Assembly: GCA_021324755.1 (NCBI GenBank)
Contig: JAJPIL010000023.1
Span: 28,138 to 92,137, forward strand
DNA: 64,000 nucleotides
Source: Pseudomonadota bacterium
GTDB lineage: Bacteria; Desulfobacterota; Binatia; Binatales; Binataceae
Reading direction: 5' to 3'
Shown here piece after piece: positions 17,161 to 28,256 of the stretch; the first letter of the stretch is position 1; every line of letters begins with the position of its first letter. The translations under genes and the position numbers were made by a program. The notes under the pieces are model-generated. The model saw nothing but the letters and a program-made list of their open reading frames with translations. It was not told the origin of the DNA and did no database searches.

Positions 17161-18249
17161 GTGATGGGATTGCCTGCCGAAATGCCTCCACGCTTGCCTG
17201 GGCGCTACCGGATGCCTGCCGAATGGGAGCCGCATCTGGGAACGTACCTTGTTTGGCCGCACAATGAAGCGACATGGCCGGGCTGTATCGAGCAGGCTCG
17301 TCATGCGATAGCGCTTGTCGCCGCCGCATTAAGCCGCTCGGAAGCGGTCAGAATCCTCGTGCCAAGCGCCGAGATGCGGCGGCACGCAGCCGATATGCTT
17401 GCCAAGGCGGGGGCGAATGTTCGCCAGGTCGACTTGATTACGATAGCGACTGACGACTCCTGGATTCGCGACTTCGGCCCCATTTTCGTCAACCGGGCCG
17501 AGCCCACAGAGACTATTCCGGCGCAAATCGCGCTTAATTGGCGGTTCAACGCATGGGGCGGCAAGTACGAGCCCTACGCGCTTGACGACGCTGTGCCACG
17601 CCGCTTGGCGGCTCATTACGGTTTTGAGGTGCTGGACGTCGATCTGGTGTTGGAGGGCGGCGCGATCGAGGTCAACGGCCGAGGAGCAGTGCTTGCCAGC
17701 GAAACGTGCTTGCTCGATACTAACCGCAATGGACCGCGGGCGCGCCGGGACGTGCTCGAGCGATATTTGCGCGAGTATCTCGGCGTGGACACCGTGGTGT
17801 GGCTAGCTGGTGCGATCGCAGGCGACGATACCGACGGCCACGTCGATCAGATAGCGCGCTTTGTCGCCGAGGATCACGTCGTTACGATGGTGGAAGATGA
17901 TCCTGCGGACGAGAACTACGATACCCTTCGCGGAAATTTGGACCGGCTCAAGGCGGCTCGCCTGTCGGATGGCCGACCGTTGAAGATCGACTTGTTGCCG
18001 ATGCCCGAGCCTGTGTTTTATCGGAACGCGCGCCTGCCTGCCTCATACGCGAACTTCTACATCGGAAATTCTTGCGTGCTAGTTCCCTTGTTCGACTGTG
18101 CCCAGGACCAGCTAGCCGTAGAGCTTCTTTCGCGGCTTTTCTCCGGGCGCGAGGTGATTGGTATACCAGCAACCCATCTGGTGGTTGGACTTGGAGCTAT
18201 TCATTGCCTTACGATGCAACATCCAACACCCTCTCCAACCCGTTTGTGA
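17161..18249 (+). CDS. aguA: agmatine deiminase (peptidyl-arginine deiminase family)
   Basis: 362 aa with the porphyromonas-type deiminase family N-terminus (PAEWEPH...WPH) and C-terminal catalytic Cys (GAIHCLT). Confidence 0.85.
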   Translation: MMGLPAEMPPRLPGRYRMPAEWEPHLGTYLVWPHNEATWPGCIEQARHAIALVAAALSRSEAVRILVPSAEMRRHAADMLAKAGANVRQVDLITIATDDSWIRDFGPIFVNRAEPTETIPAQIALNWRFNAWGGKYEPYALDDAVPRRLAAHYGFEVLDVDLVLEGGAIEVNGRGAVLASETCLLDTNRNGPRARRDVLERYLREYLGVDTVVWLAGAIAGDDTDGHVDQIARFVAEDHVVTMVEDDPADENYDTLRGNLDRLKAARLSDGRPLKIDLLPMPEPVFYRNARLPASYANFYIGNSCVLVPLFDCAQDQLAVELLSRLFSGREVIGIPATHLVVGLGAIHCLTMQHPTPSPTRL

Positions 18250-18494
18250 CCGACTCTTGTTGCACCGACGGCGAAAGAGCTTGGTTTTTTTTCTGTCGCG
18301 CAGCGCGAATTGCGATCGCTTTAGCTGGGCAAGCGAATATGGAAGTCGCAAACTAGCGGCGTCTTTGCGCCTTGGCTTTGATACTTGGCTCCGCTCGCGT
18401 TAAGTAGCTTTCACGGGAACCTAAGACACCTCAAAGGAATTCTCGAGGTACCTTTTTACGAACGCTGAGGTATCTGGGTATTTTGGCGAGATTC

Positions 18495-18586
18495 TGGCGG
18501 AGAGGGGGGGATTTGAACCCCCGAAACTCTTTCGAGTTTACACGCTCTCCAGGCGTGCGCCTTAAACCGGGCTCGGCCACCTCTCC
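18495..18586 (-). tRNA. tRNA-Ser (anticodon GGA), class II with long variable arm
   Basis: Reverse complement is GGAGAGGUGGCCGAGCCCGGUUUAAGGCGCACGCCUGGAGAGCGUGUAAACUCGAAAGAGUUUCGGGGGUUCAAAUCCCCCCCUCUCCGCCA. It has a 7-bp acceptor stem, a GGGGG/CCCCC T-stem with UUCAAAU loop, anticodon loop CUGGAGA, an 18-nt variable arm and a 3' CCA. Confidence 0.85.
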
Positions 18587-18838
18587 ACGTTGCACCTAAG
18601 CTTTTAAGACCCTAGAGCGTTTAGCGCCTTAGGCGAAATTGCCTAAGCCTGTACGCTGAGGCTTCGGTCTCTTCTAGTTCAGTATGGCATTTCGAGCTGA
18701 AAAATCGACAAATCGCGAACACATTTATTGAAGGGGTCCGGTCTCGATCGCGCTGCCGCGCAGTCTGCGACTAATCGAGCGCTACTGACGGGTCATTTGT
18801 TATCGAACTAAAGAAATAAAGTTTAAAGCCGCCTAGAG

Positions 18839-19822
18839 CTAGTCGATCACATGGTCCGCAAAGCTTATGGTCTCGGCTACCCACAGCGCAGAAAGCGCCG
18901 CAACACGCAGGTTGTCGAAAGCACCCCAGAGCAGATAGCCGGGTCGTTCCTGCATCACGCTTAGAACTATCGCTTCGTAATTAATCACGTCGAGCAAGGT
19001 TGGTGCTTTGTTTTCCTCGAAAAGTATTCCAGGCGCGCTTCGTAATCTTTCTTGCCAAAGGCCTGGATGCTCTGTGGGCGGAAGGCATACGGATAGGGCC
19101 GTGCCATGAAGCGCTGGTACCTTGACGACCTGAACGACCAATCCGGGTTGATAACCGAGCAGGCAAGCTACTTGCTCAGGAATTAGCCGAGCAAGCTCGA
19201 GTTCCTCGTCTCCGACTAGAACGTTGAAAGCGACCTGGGTCGTTCCCTCGGGTAGCTCGAGCTCGCCGTTGAGTGCTGCAGCCGCTTGTCGGATAGCTTC
19301 TTCAGCATGACGTTTTCCCCGCGTACTGGCGCCGAGCATCACTACGGCGCTTACAAGCCCCAGATCGTCGTCCTTCAAAGCGCGCAAAATGGTTGCTAGA
19401 GCCAGAGCAGCTGGATGAGGAGTGCTGATGACTTTGCTGGTGCGGGCAAGTTCGATCACTGCGGAGCGAGGGGTAAAACCTGGCGCTACGAGCGTCGAAG
19501 AAGCTTTTTGCACCTGCGCGCCACTCAGGTCGATCAGGCAGGGGCTCAGTCGCGCCTCGATAATCGATTGTGCCACAGCAGGCGGAACAGCCAAAAAGGC
19601 GAGATCGAACTCCGCAAGCTGCTCGATTTTGGTTAGAGGTTCGATATCGCGGTCCTCACCCGCTGCCTCTACCGAGATTTGCTCAGTTTCGGGCGAGCCG
19701 TAAAGCGTAAGCTTGCTGAAGCGTAGACCGCGCTCGTAGATTAGCTCGACTATCTGATGTCCGACCGCGCCGGTGGCGCCGACCACCGCTATCCGTTGGC
19801 CGCCCTGGCCGCTTTCAGCCAT
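18839..19822 (-). CDS. asd: aspartate-semialdehyde dehydrogenase
   Basis: 327 aa with an NAD-binding GATGAVG motif and the Asd family fold. Its start overlaps the leuB stop by 1 nt. Confidence 0.85.
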   Translation of the reverse strand: MAESGQGGQRIAVVGATGAVGHQIVELIYERGLRFSKLTLYGSPETEQISVEAAGEDRDIEPLTKIEQLAEFDLAFLAVPPAVAQSIIEARLSPCLIDLSGAQVQKASSTLVAPGFTPRSAVIELARTSKVISTPHPAALALATILRALKDDDLGLVSAVVMLGASTRGKRHAEEAIRQAAAALNGELELPEGTTQVAFNVLVGDEELELARLIPEQVACLLGYQPGLVVQVVKVPALHGTALSVCLPPTEHPGLWQERLRSAPGILFEENKAPTLLDVINYEAIVLSVMQERPGYLLWGAFDNLRVAALSALWVAETISFADHVID

Positions 19823-20931
19823 CAGCTTTCCGGCTCCATTCGCTCCAGATGCTCTCTCACCAGTCGGCCCATCGCCTTGCAGCCGACGATTTTAGCCCCT
19901 GGGCTGGCGAGATCTGGGGTGCGATAGCCCTCTCTGAGTACGGCTGCGACCGCATTTTCTATCCATTCCGCTTCGGCTCGCATCCCGAATGAGTATTCGA
20001 GCATCATCGCCGCTGAAAGAATCGCCGCTAAAGGATTGGCGCGGTCGCGACCGGCGATATCAGGCGCGGTGCCGTGGATCGGCTCGTACAGTCCTATTCG
20101 GTAGCCGGCGCTGTTAAGCTCCTCGCCGAGCGAGGCCGAGGGCAACAATCCCATCGAACCGGCCAGCAGCGACGCCTCGTCGGTCAGAATGTCGCCGAAC
20201 ATGTTTTCTGTGACAATCACGTCGAAATCTTTAGGGCGCTGTAACAAGTGCATCGCCATCGCGTCGACCAGCACTGTTTCAAAGGCGACGTCTTTGTTTT
20301 GTTGACTGATTTCGGTCGCCACCTCGCGCCACAAGCGTGAGGTAGACAAAATATTCGCCTTGTCGACCAGAGTCAGACGCTTGCGCCTTGCCCGCGCTAG
20401 CTCGAAGCCGAGGCGAACGGCGCGCGCTATCTCTTCTTCGGTATAGAAGCAGGTGTCGACGGCTTCTCGGCCTTTTTCTGTCGTCCGGCGCTCGCTTGGC
20501 TTGCCGTAATATAGTCCGCCCGTAAGCTCGCGGAGAACGAGCAAGTCTGTGCCGTTAATCACTTCCGGTTTCAACGGCGAGGCGCTTGCCAGCTCTTTCA
20601 TCGTTTTCACGGGCCGCAAATTGGCGTACAGGCCGAGCTCTTTGCGTAGCGTCAACAGGGCTTGCTCGGGTCGGTGAGCAGCTCGCGGGTCGTCCCATTT
20701 GGGGCCTCCCACGGCGCCAAACAATACTGCGTCCGACTCCGTAGCAAGTTTGAGCGTTTCCGGACGGAGCGGTACGCCATAAGCGTCGATCGCTGCGCCC
20801 CCGACGATCGCCTCTTCAAAGTTGAAATCCACGCCACAACGTCGGGCCACGACCTTTAGCACCTGCACCGCCTCGCTCACAACTTCCGGCCCGATTCCGT
20901 CGCCCTTCAGCACGAGAACTTTGTAGGTCAT
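19822..20931 (-). CDS. leuB: 3-isopropylmalate dehydrogenase
   Basis: 369 aa with the isocitrate/isopropylmalate dehydrogenase signature (NLFGDILSD-like NMFGDILTD). Confidence 0.9.
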   Translation of the reverse strand: MTYKVLVLKGDGIGPEVVSEAVQVLKVVARRCGVDFNFEEAIVGGAAIDAYGVPLRPETLKLATESDAVLFGAVGGPKWDDPRAAHRPEQALLTLRKELGLYANLRPVKTMKELASASPLKPEVINGTDLLVLRELTGGLYYGKPSERRTTEKGREAVDTCFYTEEEIARAVRLGFELARARRKRLTLVDKANILSTSRLWREVATEISQQNKDVAFETVLVDAMAMHLLQRPKDFDVIVTENMFGDILTDEASLLAGSMGLLPSASLGEELNSAGYRIGLYEPIHGTAPDIAGRDRANPLAAILSAAMMLEYSFGMRAEAEWIENAVAAVLREGYRTPDLASPGAKIVGCKAMGRLVREHLERMEPES

Positions 20932-21239
20932 TTTCTTGTGCCGCCCATCCGCATCTTCAAGAAAACCTGAATTTTATTAGCTAGCTAACCTGACCTCTCA
21001 CATGATTATTAGTTGAAGAAAAACGGGTGGCTGGCGAAAGCCTTCGCAGCCTGGCGATTCGCGTCAAGCGCTCATCGTGAAAGCGACACCCCTCCGAGCC
21101 ATCACTCCGCTGATTCGAAAGCTTTACCCCCACCCACAGCTTTGGCGTAGCACTTACAGGGCTTTATCGTCAACTGTAAGAGCACTCAAAGCGATTCAGA
21201 GTCGTCCTGTTTGTGCACCAAAAGTTATAATTAGCCAAT

Positions 21240-22829
21240 CTATGGTCCGCCGACCGGACGCTGACCCAACGCTCGCTTGCGCAGTTCGAGGCGATTCAAC
21301 GCGTTGACGAATGCGAGCGCGCTCGCCATCACGATGTCGCTATGCGCTCCCTGTCCGGCCACAGTGATACCGTCTTGCGCGACAAGGCAATTCACTTCGC
21401 CCAGAGCATCTGTCCCTCGCGTAATTGACTTCACCGAGTAACGGTTGAGAGTTACGTTGACGCCTGCGGCTTTGCAAATCGCCTTGTAACAGGCGTCCAC
21501 CATCCCGTCCCCTTGCGCGCTCGCCACGCGCTCCTCGTTGTCGACTTTGAGCGTTACCGTGGCTTGCGGGGTGGACTTAGTGGACGAAGACACCTCAAGT
21601 TCACCGAGCACGAATCGTTCGCCTAAATGTCGCGTATCTTCGGTCACCAGTGCCAGCAGGTCATCGTCGTAGACGACCTTCTTTTTGTCGCACAGAGCTT
21701 TAAATTCGGCGAACACTTTGTTGATATCCAAGCGCGAACAGTCGACCCCGAGCTGCTTTAGTCTTTCTACGAATGCGTGGCGACCGGAATGTTTGCCCAG
21801 TACGAGCTTGTTCGAAGGAATTCCGATATCTTCGGGCTTCATTATCTCGTACGTAAGCTTGTACTTGAGCACGCCGTCCTGATGGATGCCCGCCTCGTGG
21901 GCGAAGGCGTTGTCGCCGACGATAGGCTTATTGGGAGGCACGGGCTGTCCGATTACCTGCGAGAGCAGACGCGAGGCGGCGTAAATCTGGCGCGTGTTGA
22001 TGCGGGTCTCGATTCCAAAGAAGTCCTTGCGCGTCTTGAGCGCCATCACGACTTCTTCCATCGAGGTGTTTCCCGCACGCTCCCCAATCCCGTTAATCGT
22101 GCATTCGACCTGGCGCGCCCCATTGTGGACCGCCGCAAGCGAGTTCGCTACGGCCAATCCCAAGTCGTTGTGACAGTGAGCGCTCCAGATTACCTTGTCT
22201 GCCCCGGCGACGTTTTGACGAAGGAAGGCAAAAAGCCGCCCGTACTCGTCGGGTACGGCGTGACCGGTAGTGTCCGGAATGTTGATCACCTTGGCCCCGC
22301 ATCGGATCGCCTCTTCGCACACGGTTTTCAGATAATTCCAGTCGCTGCGCGAGGCATCTTCACAGGAAAACTCGATATAGTCGAGGTGCTTTTTGGCGAA
22401 CGAAACTGCACGGGTCACCGCGGCCAACACCTCTTCGCGATTCATTTGGAGCTTATATTTAAGGTGAATGTCCGAGGTGGCGATAAAGATATGGATTCCG
22501 GGCCGCGAAGCCTTTTCGACCGCCTTTAGGGCCCGCTCGATGTCGAGCTGATGGGTGCGCGCAAGGCTCAACACGACCGGATTGGTTACCGCTTCGGCCA
22601 CCCGTCGCACGCCCTCGAAATCGCCCTCTGAGGAAACCGCAAAGCCAGCCTCAATCACGTCCACGTTGAGAAGCTCGAGCTGGCGAGCGATGGCGACCTT
22701 CTCCTCCACGTTCATCGTAGCGCCCGGGGATTGTTCGCCATCGCGCAACGTCGTGTCGAAGATACGTACGTAGTCTTCTTGAGCCTTCTCGATTTTGCTG
22801 CCTACGACCGTCATTTTTAAACCCTCCAC
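21240..22829 (-). CDS. leuA: 2-isopropylmalate synthase
   Basis: 529 aa with a DRE-TIM metallolyase domain (HCHNDLG) and the C-terminal LeuA dimerisation/regulatory domain. Confidence 0.9.
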   Translation of the reverse strand: MEGLKMTVVGSKIEKAQEDYVRIFDTTLRDGEQSPGATMNVEEKVAIARQLELLNVDVIEAGFAVSSEGDFEGVRRVAEAVTNPVVLSLARTHQLDIERALKAVEKASRPGIHIFIATSDIHLKYKLQMNREEVLAAVTRAVSFAKKHLDYIEFSCEDASRSDWNYLKTVCEEAIRCGAKVINIPDTTGHAVPDEYGRLFAFLRQNVAGADKVIWSAHCHNDLGLAVANSLAAVHNGARQVECTINGIGERAGNTSMEEVVMALKTRKDFFGIETRINTRQIYAASRLLSQVIGQPVPPNKPIVGDNAFAHEAGIHQDGVLKYKLTYEIMKPEDIGIPSNKLVLGKHSGRHAFVERLKQLGVDCSRLDINKVFAEFKALCDKKKVVYDDDLLALVTEDTRHLGERFVLGELEVSSSTKSTPQATVTLKVDNEERVASAQGDGMVDACYKAICKAAGVNVTLNRYSVKSITRGTDALGEVNCLVAQDGITVAGQGAHSDIVMASALAFVNALNRLELRKRALGQRPVGGP

Positions 22830-22853
22830 CGTTACTGCCGCTCTATTGTGCCC

Positions 22854-22920
22854 TTGCTTTTTGGCTGCTTGTTAAAAAGCAATCGCCCCGAACAGCTGCT
22901 TCCCGCTGTCCGGGGCGATC
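22854..22920 (-). terminator. intrinsic terminator / attenuator hairpins just upstream of leuA
   Basis: Minus-strand RNA reads AUCGCCCCGG ACAGC gggaagca GCUGU uCGGGGCGAU followed by UGCUUUUUAAC. That is a near-perfect 14-15 bp GC-rich stem followed by a U tract. The U tract sits in a second 9-bp hairpin (TTGCTTTTT/AAAAAGCAA). The leuA start is about 25-50 nt downstream. Confidence 0.55.
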
Positions 22921-22953
22921 ACTTTCAGTCGTTTGTTAACTTTAACCTAAATC

Positions 22954-23034
22954 CTAGGCATAAACGGCTGAAAGCCCCGGCGCGGGCCCACCTAGCAATA
23001 GGCTCGATAGCAACAAAGCCGAGTTAATCAACAT
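22954..23034 (-). CDS. candidate leucine-rich leader peptide (26 aa: MLINSALLLSSLLLGGPAPGLSAVYA)
   Basis: Small ORF between pssA and the leuA terminator hairpin. 8 of 26 codons are Leu, including two LLL runs. Its 3' part (CCGGGGC) is complementary to the 5' arm of the terminator (GCCCCGG), giving a possible antiterminator. Confidence 0.45.
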   Translation of the reverse strand: MLINSALLLSSLLLGGPAPGLSAVYA

Positions 23035-23126
23035 CGCCGGGGTCTTTCACTTCGTAGTTGAGGTTATTAAGTCAGTCAAACAGACGTATGTCAAGGGGTG
23101 CTTTGTGGAAACTCAAGCGCAGCTTT

Positions 23127-24014
23127 TCAATGAAGCCAATGACCTGTCGATGGATCGTTTACAACATCCTTAGGCGAAGCCGACCGAGAGGCGGCCAAAT
23201 CGCGGTTGGCAGTCGCTGATGAAAGGCGGTTTCGGCCTAGCTTCGAAGCCAAGGCAAGGACCGGTCCCGACAGCACGTAGGCTATCGAGGCCAGCAAAGC
23301 GCTTAACTGGGGCAAGACAACCGAAACGCCGATTCCGATCATCACCGCTCCTACCATTTCTAACGATGCGCGGCGGTTGACGTTGAGACTTTTGAAGCTA
23401 GGATACGGAAGCGAAGACACCATTAGGCCCGCCAAGACGAGCGCCATCGGTACCGCGAGCACGGACAACATCTTGCCCAGATCGAGTTCGAGGTAACTGT
23501 AGGCAAGCACGCTCGAGGCTACCAAAGCAGCCGCCCCAGGAACCGGCAAACCGACGAACCGGCGTTTGTCAGCGCTTGCTGCAAGCACATTAAATCGGGC
23601 AAGTCGCAGGGCTGCGCAAATCACGAAAGCTGCGGCAACTATCCATCCCCATGCACGCAATGGCTTGAGCGCCCAGACGTAGAGCAAGCAGGCCGGAGCA
23701 GCGCCGAAGGCAACAACGTCGGAAAGACTGTCATATTCGACGCCGAACTGGCTTGTCGAATTGGAAACGCGGGCCAAGCGCCCGTCAAGTCCGTCGCAGA
23801 AAAAGGCCACCACGATAAGGGTTGCTGCCAATTCCAGATGCCCGTTAAAGCTCGACACGATCGAGTAAAAACCCAGCGCAAGACTGACCGACGTGATAAC
23901 TGACGGAAGCAAATAGACTCCACGTCTTATCGGCGTCGTAACCCGCGCGCGGGGTTTTCGAAGTCTTGCCGATATTTTCTTTAACTGTTGTCCTTCTAAC
24001 GCGCCGGTTTTCAT
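23127..24014 (-). CDS. pssA: CDP-diacylglycerol--serine O-phosphatidyltransferase (CDP-alcohol phosphatidyltransferase family)
   Basis: CDP-OH phosphotransferase motif DGLDGRLAR...G...D...D. Multi-TM protein directly upstream of psd. Confidence 0.85.
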   Translation of the reverse strand: MKTGALEGQQLKKISARLRKPRARVTTPIRRGVYLLPSVITSVSLALGFYSIVSSFNGHLELAATLIVVAFFCDGLDGRLARVSNSTSQFGVEYDSLSDVVAFGAAPACLLYVWALKPLRAWGWIVAAAFVICAALRLARFNVLAASADKRRFVGLPVPGAAALVASSVLAYSYLELDLGKMLSVLAVPMALVLAGLMVSSLPYPSFKSLNVNRRASLEMVGAVMIGIGVSVVLPQLSALLASIAYVLSGPVLALASKLGRNRLSSATANRDLAASRSASPKDVVNDPSTGHWLH

Positions 24015-24658
24015 TTCCTCAACTCTCCGATCACAGTTTCGCCCGCGCGTACCCTGTCGCCCACGCGCACGGTGATAGCATAATCACGAGGCACATAATG
24101 GTCTACGCGACTTCCGAACATAATGAGACCGATACGCTCGCCTTTGTTGACCCATTGACGAGGCTTGACGCGGCACACGATCCGGCGCGCGAAATACCCT
24201 GCGATCTGCATCACTGCAAAAAGTCGTCCGTTCTTGTCGCGCATGACTACCAGATTGCGTTCGTTGTGTTCGCTGGCCTGGTCTCGAAAGGCAGCACGAA
24301 ACTGCCCAGGACTATGCTCGAGCGCGATTACCTCGGCCTCAACCGGCGACCGATTCACGTGGACATCGAACAGCGACATGAAGACTCCCACGCACACAAA
24401 AGGTTCTTCATACGGCGTCAGACGCTTTTCGCTGATATCGATAACGCGGCCATCTGCCGCCGAGACAATTGAACCTGGACCTGCGGGCGGTATCCGGCGG
24501 GGATCACGGAAAAAGAGAGCCGTGCTAAGAGCTGCCGCTGCGAAAATCAAAAACATTAGGTACCATCCCCATAGCGCGCTGAAAAGCGCAAGCAGCCCCA
24601 CGGCACAAATCGCAGGCGCACCTTCGCGAGCGATTCCCATCGTTTCTAACAAAGCCAA
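24011..24658 (-). CDS. psd: phosphatidylserine decarboxylase proenzyme (short form)
   Basis: 215 aa with an N-terminal TM segment and an FGSRV self-cleavage motif. Its stop overlaps the pssA start. Confidence 0.8.
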   Translation of the reverse strand: MALLETMGIAREGAPAICAVGLLALFSALWGWYLMFLIFAAAALSTALFFRDPRRIPPAGPGSIVSAADGRVIDISEKRLTPYEEPFVCVGVFMSLFDVHVNRSPVEAEVIALEHSPGQFRAAFRDQASEHNERNLVVMRDKNGRLFAVMQIAGYFARRIVCRVKPRQWVNKGERIGLIMFGSRVDHYVPRDYAITVRVGDRVRAGETVIGELRK

Positions 24659-24712
24659 GCTATGACGGGTAGTGGCAAAAGATGGGCGGGTAAACCGAGC
24701 CCTCGTTTCCGC

Positions 24713-25729
<1,017 letters not shown>

Positions 25730-26254
25730 TCAACTGTCCTCCCGTGCTTGCCTCTTAGCACCGTTGTTAAGCTGTACCGAGCGCGCCATCGCTACGCTTC
25801 CGGTACGCACTACTTCTTTTATTCCAAACGGCCGCACCAGAGCTATGAAAGCCTGAATTTTGTTGGTGTCACCAGTAACCTCGACCGTGACCGCGCGTGG
25901 CCCAATGTCGACCACGTGTCCGCGGAAAGCGGAAATTATCGAGTCGAGCTCGGCCCGATTGCGGTCGTCAACCGACACCTTGACCAGCATCATCTCCCGC
26001 TCTACGGTATCGACCGCCTGGTAGTCGACAACCTTGATCACGGGGATGAGCTTGTTGAGCTGTTTGTTGATCTGTTCGAGAATCTCGTCCGGCCCCGACG
26101 TCACTAGAACGATCTTCGACACTGTGGGGTCCAAAGGCTCTTCGTTTACCGTCAGCGACTGGATATTGAAGCCGCGACCCGCAAATAAGCCAACCACCCT
26201 GGCAAGCACGCCGAACTGGTTTTCCACTAACACCGAAATCGTATGGCGTGGCAT
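25730..26254 (-). CDS. ilvN: acetolactate synthase small (regulatory) subunit
   Basis: ACT domain (ISVLVENQFGVLARVVGLFAGRGFNIQSLTV) plus the C-terminal ilvH domain. The likely start is MPRHTIS at 26254; the six-frame ORF extends to 26308. No large subunit (ilvB) gene is adjacent. Confidence 0.85.
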   Translation of the reverse strand: MPRHTISVLVENQFGVLARVVGLFAGRGFNIQSLTVNEEPLDPTVSKIVLVTSGPDEILEQINKQLNKLIPVIKVVDYQAVDTVEREMMLVKVSVDDRNRAELDSIISAFRGHVVDIGPRAVTVEVTGDTNKIQAFIALVRPFGIKEVVRTGSVAMARSVQLNNGAKRQAREDS

Positions 26255-26922
26255 CAGTAAATGCTCCGTTCTAAGCCGTTCGGTATTACGGGGCACGATT
26301 GTGCACAAACGCGCATAACTTCCAATTTAACGTATCTAAATATGCGCACGGCGTCGCACCAAATCTCCAGAACTAACTTAAACTTACATCATATTTTGGA
26401 GTATCAGGCCGGGTCTTACAACGCTTGTTACCTGCGCTATTTCGCAAACATCCCGACAACAAGCCGCAATTTTGCTGGCAGATGGACTTAGACCCAACTT
26501 TGGAAAGGTCTAAGCATATTTTGGCATCTACACCGCAGGCAAACGCGAAACTGAAAACGGCGTCGCGGCGGGGGCTGTCGTGTTAATAAAGCTCAAAAAG
26601 TAAGGCGACCAGCGGCAGACCGAAGGTTGCCATCCACGAGCGCTGGCAGAGATAGACTTGACGAACACTTAAACTACGGTTCGGACCGCGCAAAAACCAG
26701 GGCAGGACCCAGTATCGCCGGTTTTGAGGGCTGTAACTTATCCGCTTTTGCGAAATGATCCCACGCAGGCGTATCTGTTCACCGATGCAAGCCGCCGAAG
26801 CGTTTTTATCAGCATGGGCCCGGAAAAAATGCAACATGCCACTGGCGAACATCTGCGCTTAATCACGAATCCGTCGGGCTATCTACCGGGCGCCCTCGAC
26901 GCTTTTGCGCGCTGCTAGAGAT

Positions 26923-27660
26923 TTATTCAGCGCCCGGGAAAACGACACCCGTGACCTGGGCACACACCTCTAGAAAGGCATCTTGCAGCTTTGCGTCATC
27001 GGCTTGACGATGGTAGGGGGCTTCGCGCAGGTGGTGAAAGTAGCGCCCGGTGGTCCGGACCTGAGGGTCCTCGCTGCTGGCCAACCAGACCTGCGTGGCT
27101 ACGCCGTCTTCCAGGCGATCTGGAGCATGTGGCCCTCCCATCTTGGTGGGTACCCACCCAGGGTTTACCGCATTGGCATACACCGCCGGCCACAGGCGCG
27201 CAACAGCCTTAGCCAACAGTACTAGGTAGAACTTCGATTCGCTGTATCCGATTCCCCCAGCAACTATAGCCTTGAGGTCAGGGCGGGCTTGGAGATGAAG
27301 ACCCGAGCTGAGGTAGATTAAGCGCTCAGGCCTGTCCATTAGGGCGGTCAGCATATACGGGGCAAGCGTGTTGACCCAAAGAATCTCCTGCGCTGATGCT
27401 CGGTACACCCCAGCGTTGTGGATCACCGCGTCGAATCGGCCCGAAGCGTTTGCTTGCTCTGCTAGCTGTCGGATCTCCTCAGGCTGGGCCAGGTCACCCA
27501 CCAGCACTGCCTCCGCTCCGGGCACCTGCGCCAAAGCTTGCTCAGCCCGCTGCCGGTTTCGCGCGTGCAGGACCACCCGATGCCCCAGGGCCACTAGCTG
27601 TTTCGCGCTCAGAAGGCCAAGGCCGTCGGCCGAGCCTGTGATGAAGATTCGGTAGCTCAT
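26923..27660 (-). CDS. SDR family NAD(P)-dependent oxidoreductase
   Basis: 245 aa with the short-chain dehydrogenase fold: an N-terminal glycine-rich dinucleotide-binding motif (ITGSADGLG) and an NAG motif (IHNAGV). Confidence 0.75.
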   Translation of the reverse strand: MSYRIFITGSADGLGLLSAKQLVALGHRVVLHARNRQRAEQALAQVPGAEAVLVGDLAQPEEIRQLAEQANASGRFDAVIHNAGVYRASAQEILWVNTLAPYMLTALMDRPERLIYLSSGLHLQARPDLKAIVAGGIGYSESKFYLVLLAKAVARLWPAVYANAVNPGWVPTKMGGPHAPDRLEDGVATQVWLASSEDPQVRTTGRYFHHLREAPYHRQADDAKLQDAFLEVCAQVTGVVFPGAE

Positions 27661-28256
27661 ACTTCTTGCTCTTTTCGTGGCAGGGTACGCACCGTCGCCA
27701 CCTCTAGGCTCTGGTTGATCATGAACTCGAGGTGATGATTGTTCCCGTACTTGCGGCTGTAGGCTGCTTCGATCTCCGTCCGGATGTGGATGGGATCCTC
27801 AAGCACAACCGGCGCAAAGACCATCCCCGGCATCTCCTATGCTACATGCACATGTCCGGTCCACTGGCTCACAGCTACCTGACACCGGTGCGAACGCAAA
27901 CCATAGCAGCAAAGCGCGTACACGGCCTGCCCGACCACCACACACCAGATTTGTGCGGACCTCCGGCAGCTCTTCAGCTCCTTTACCGCACAGGCGCAAG
28001 CTCGACCTCCTTGACCCCGGCCAGCAGCGCTAGCTTATTTGCTCCTCAACGTTCGGCTCTGCGCTCGCTCGGCCTGCTCGCCTCAGCTGCTGCCACTAAG
28101 CTTTCCTTTCCGGTTCCCCAACGCTCCAGAAACGAAAGAACCAGGATGGCCGGCCGCGACCAAAAACGCGACCCTCTTTGCTTCCGGGACTATGCTCCCC
28201 TGCTTGTGAGCGTAATGGACTCTAGATTTGGTTTTCTGGTTATGCTTGCGGGCGCT

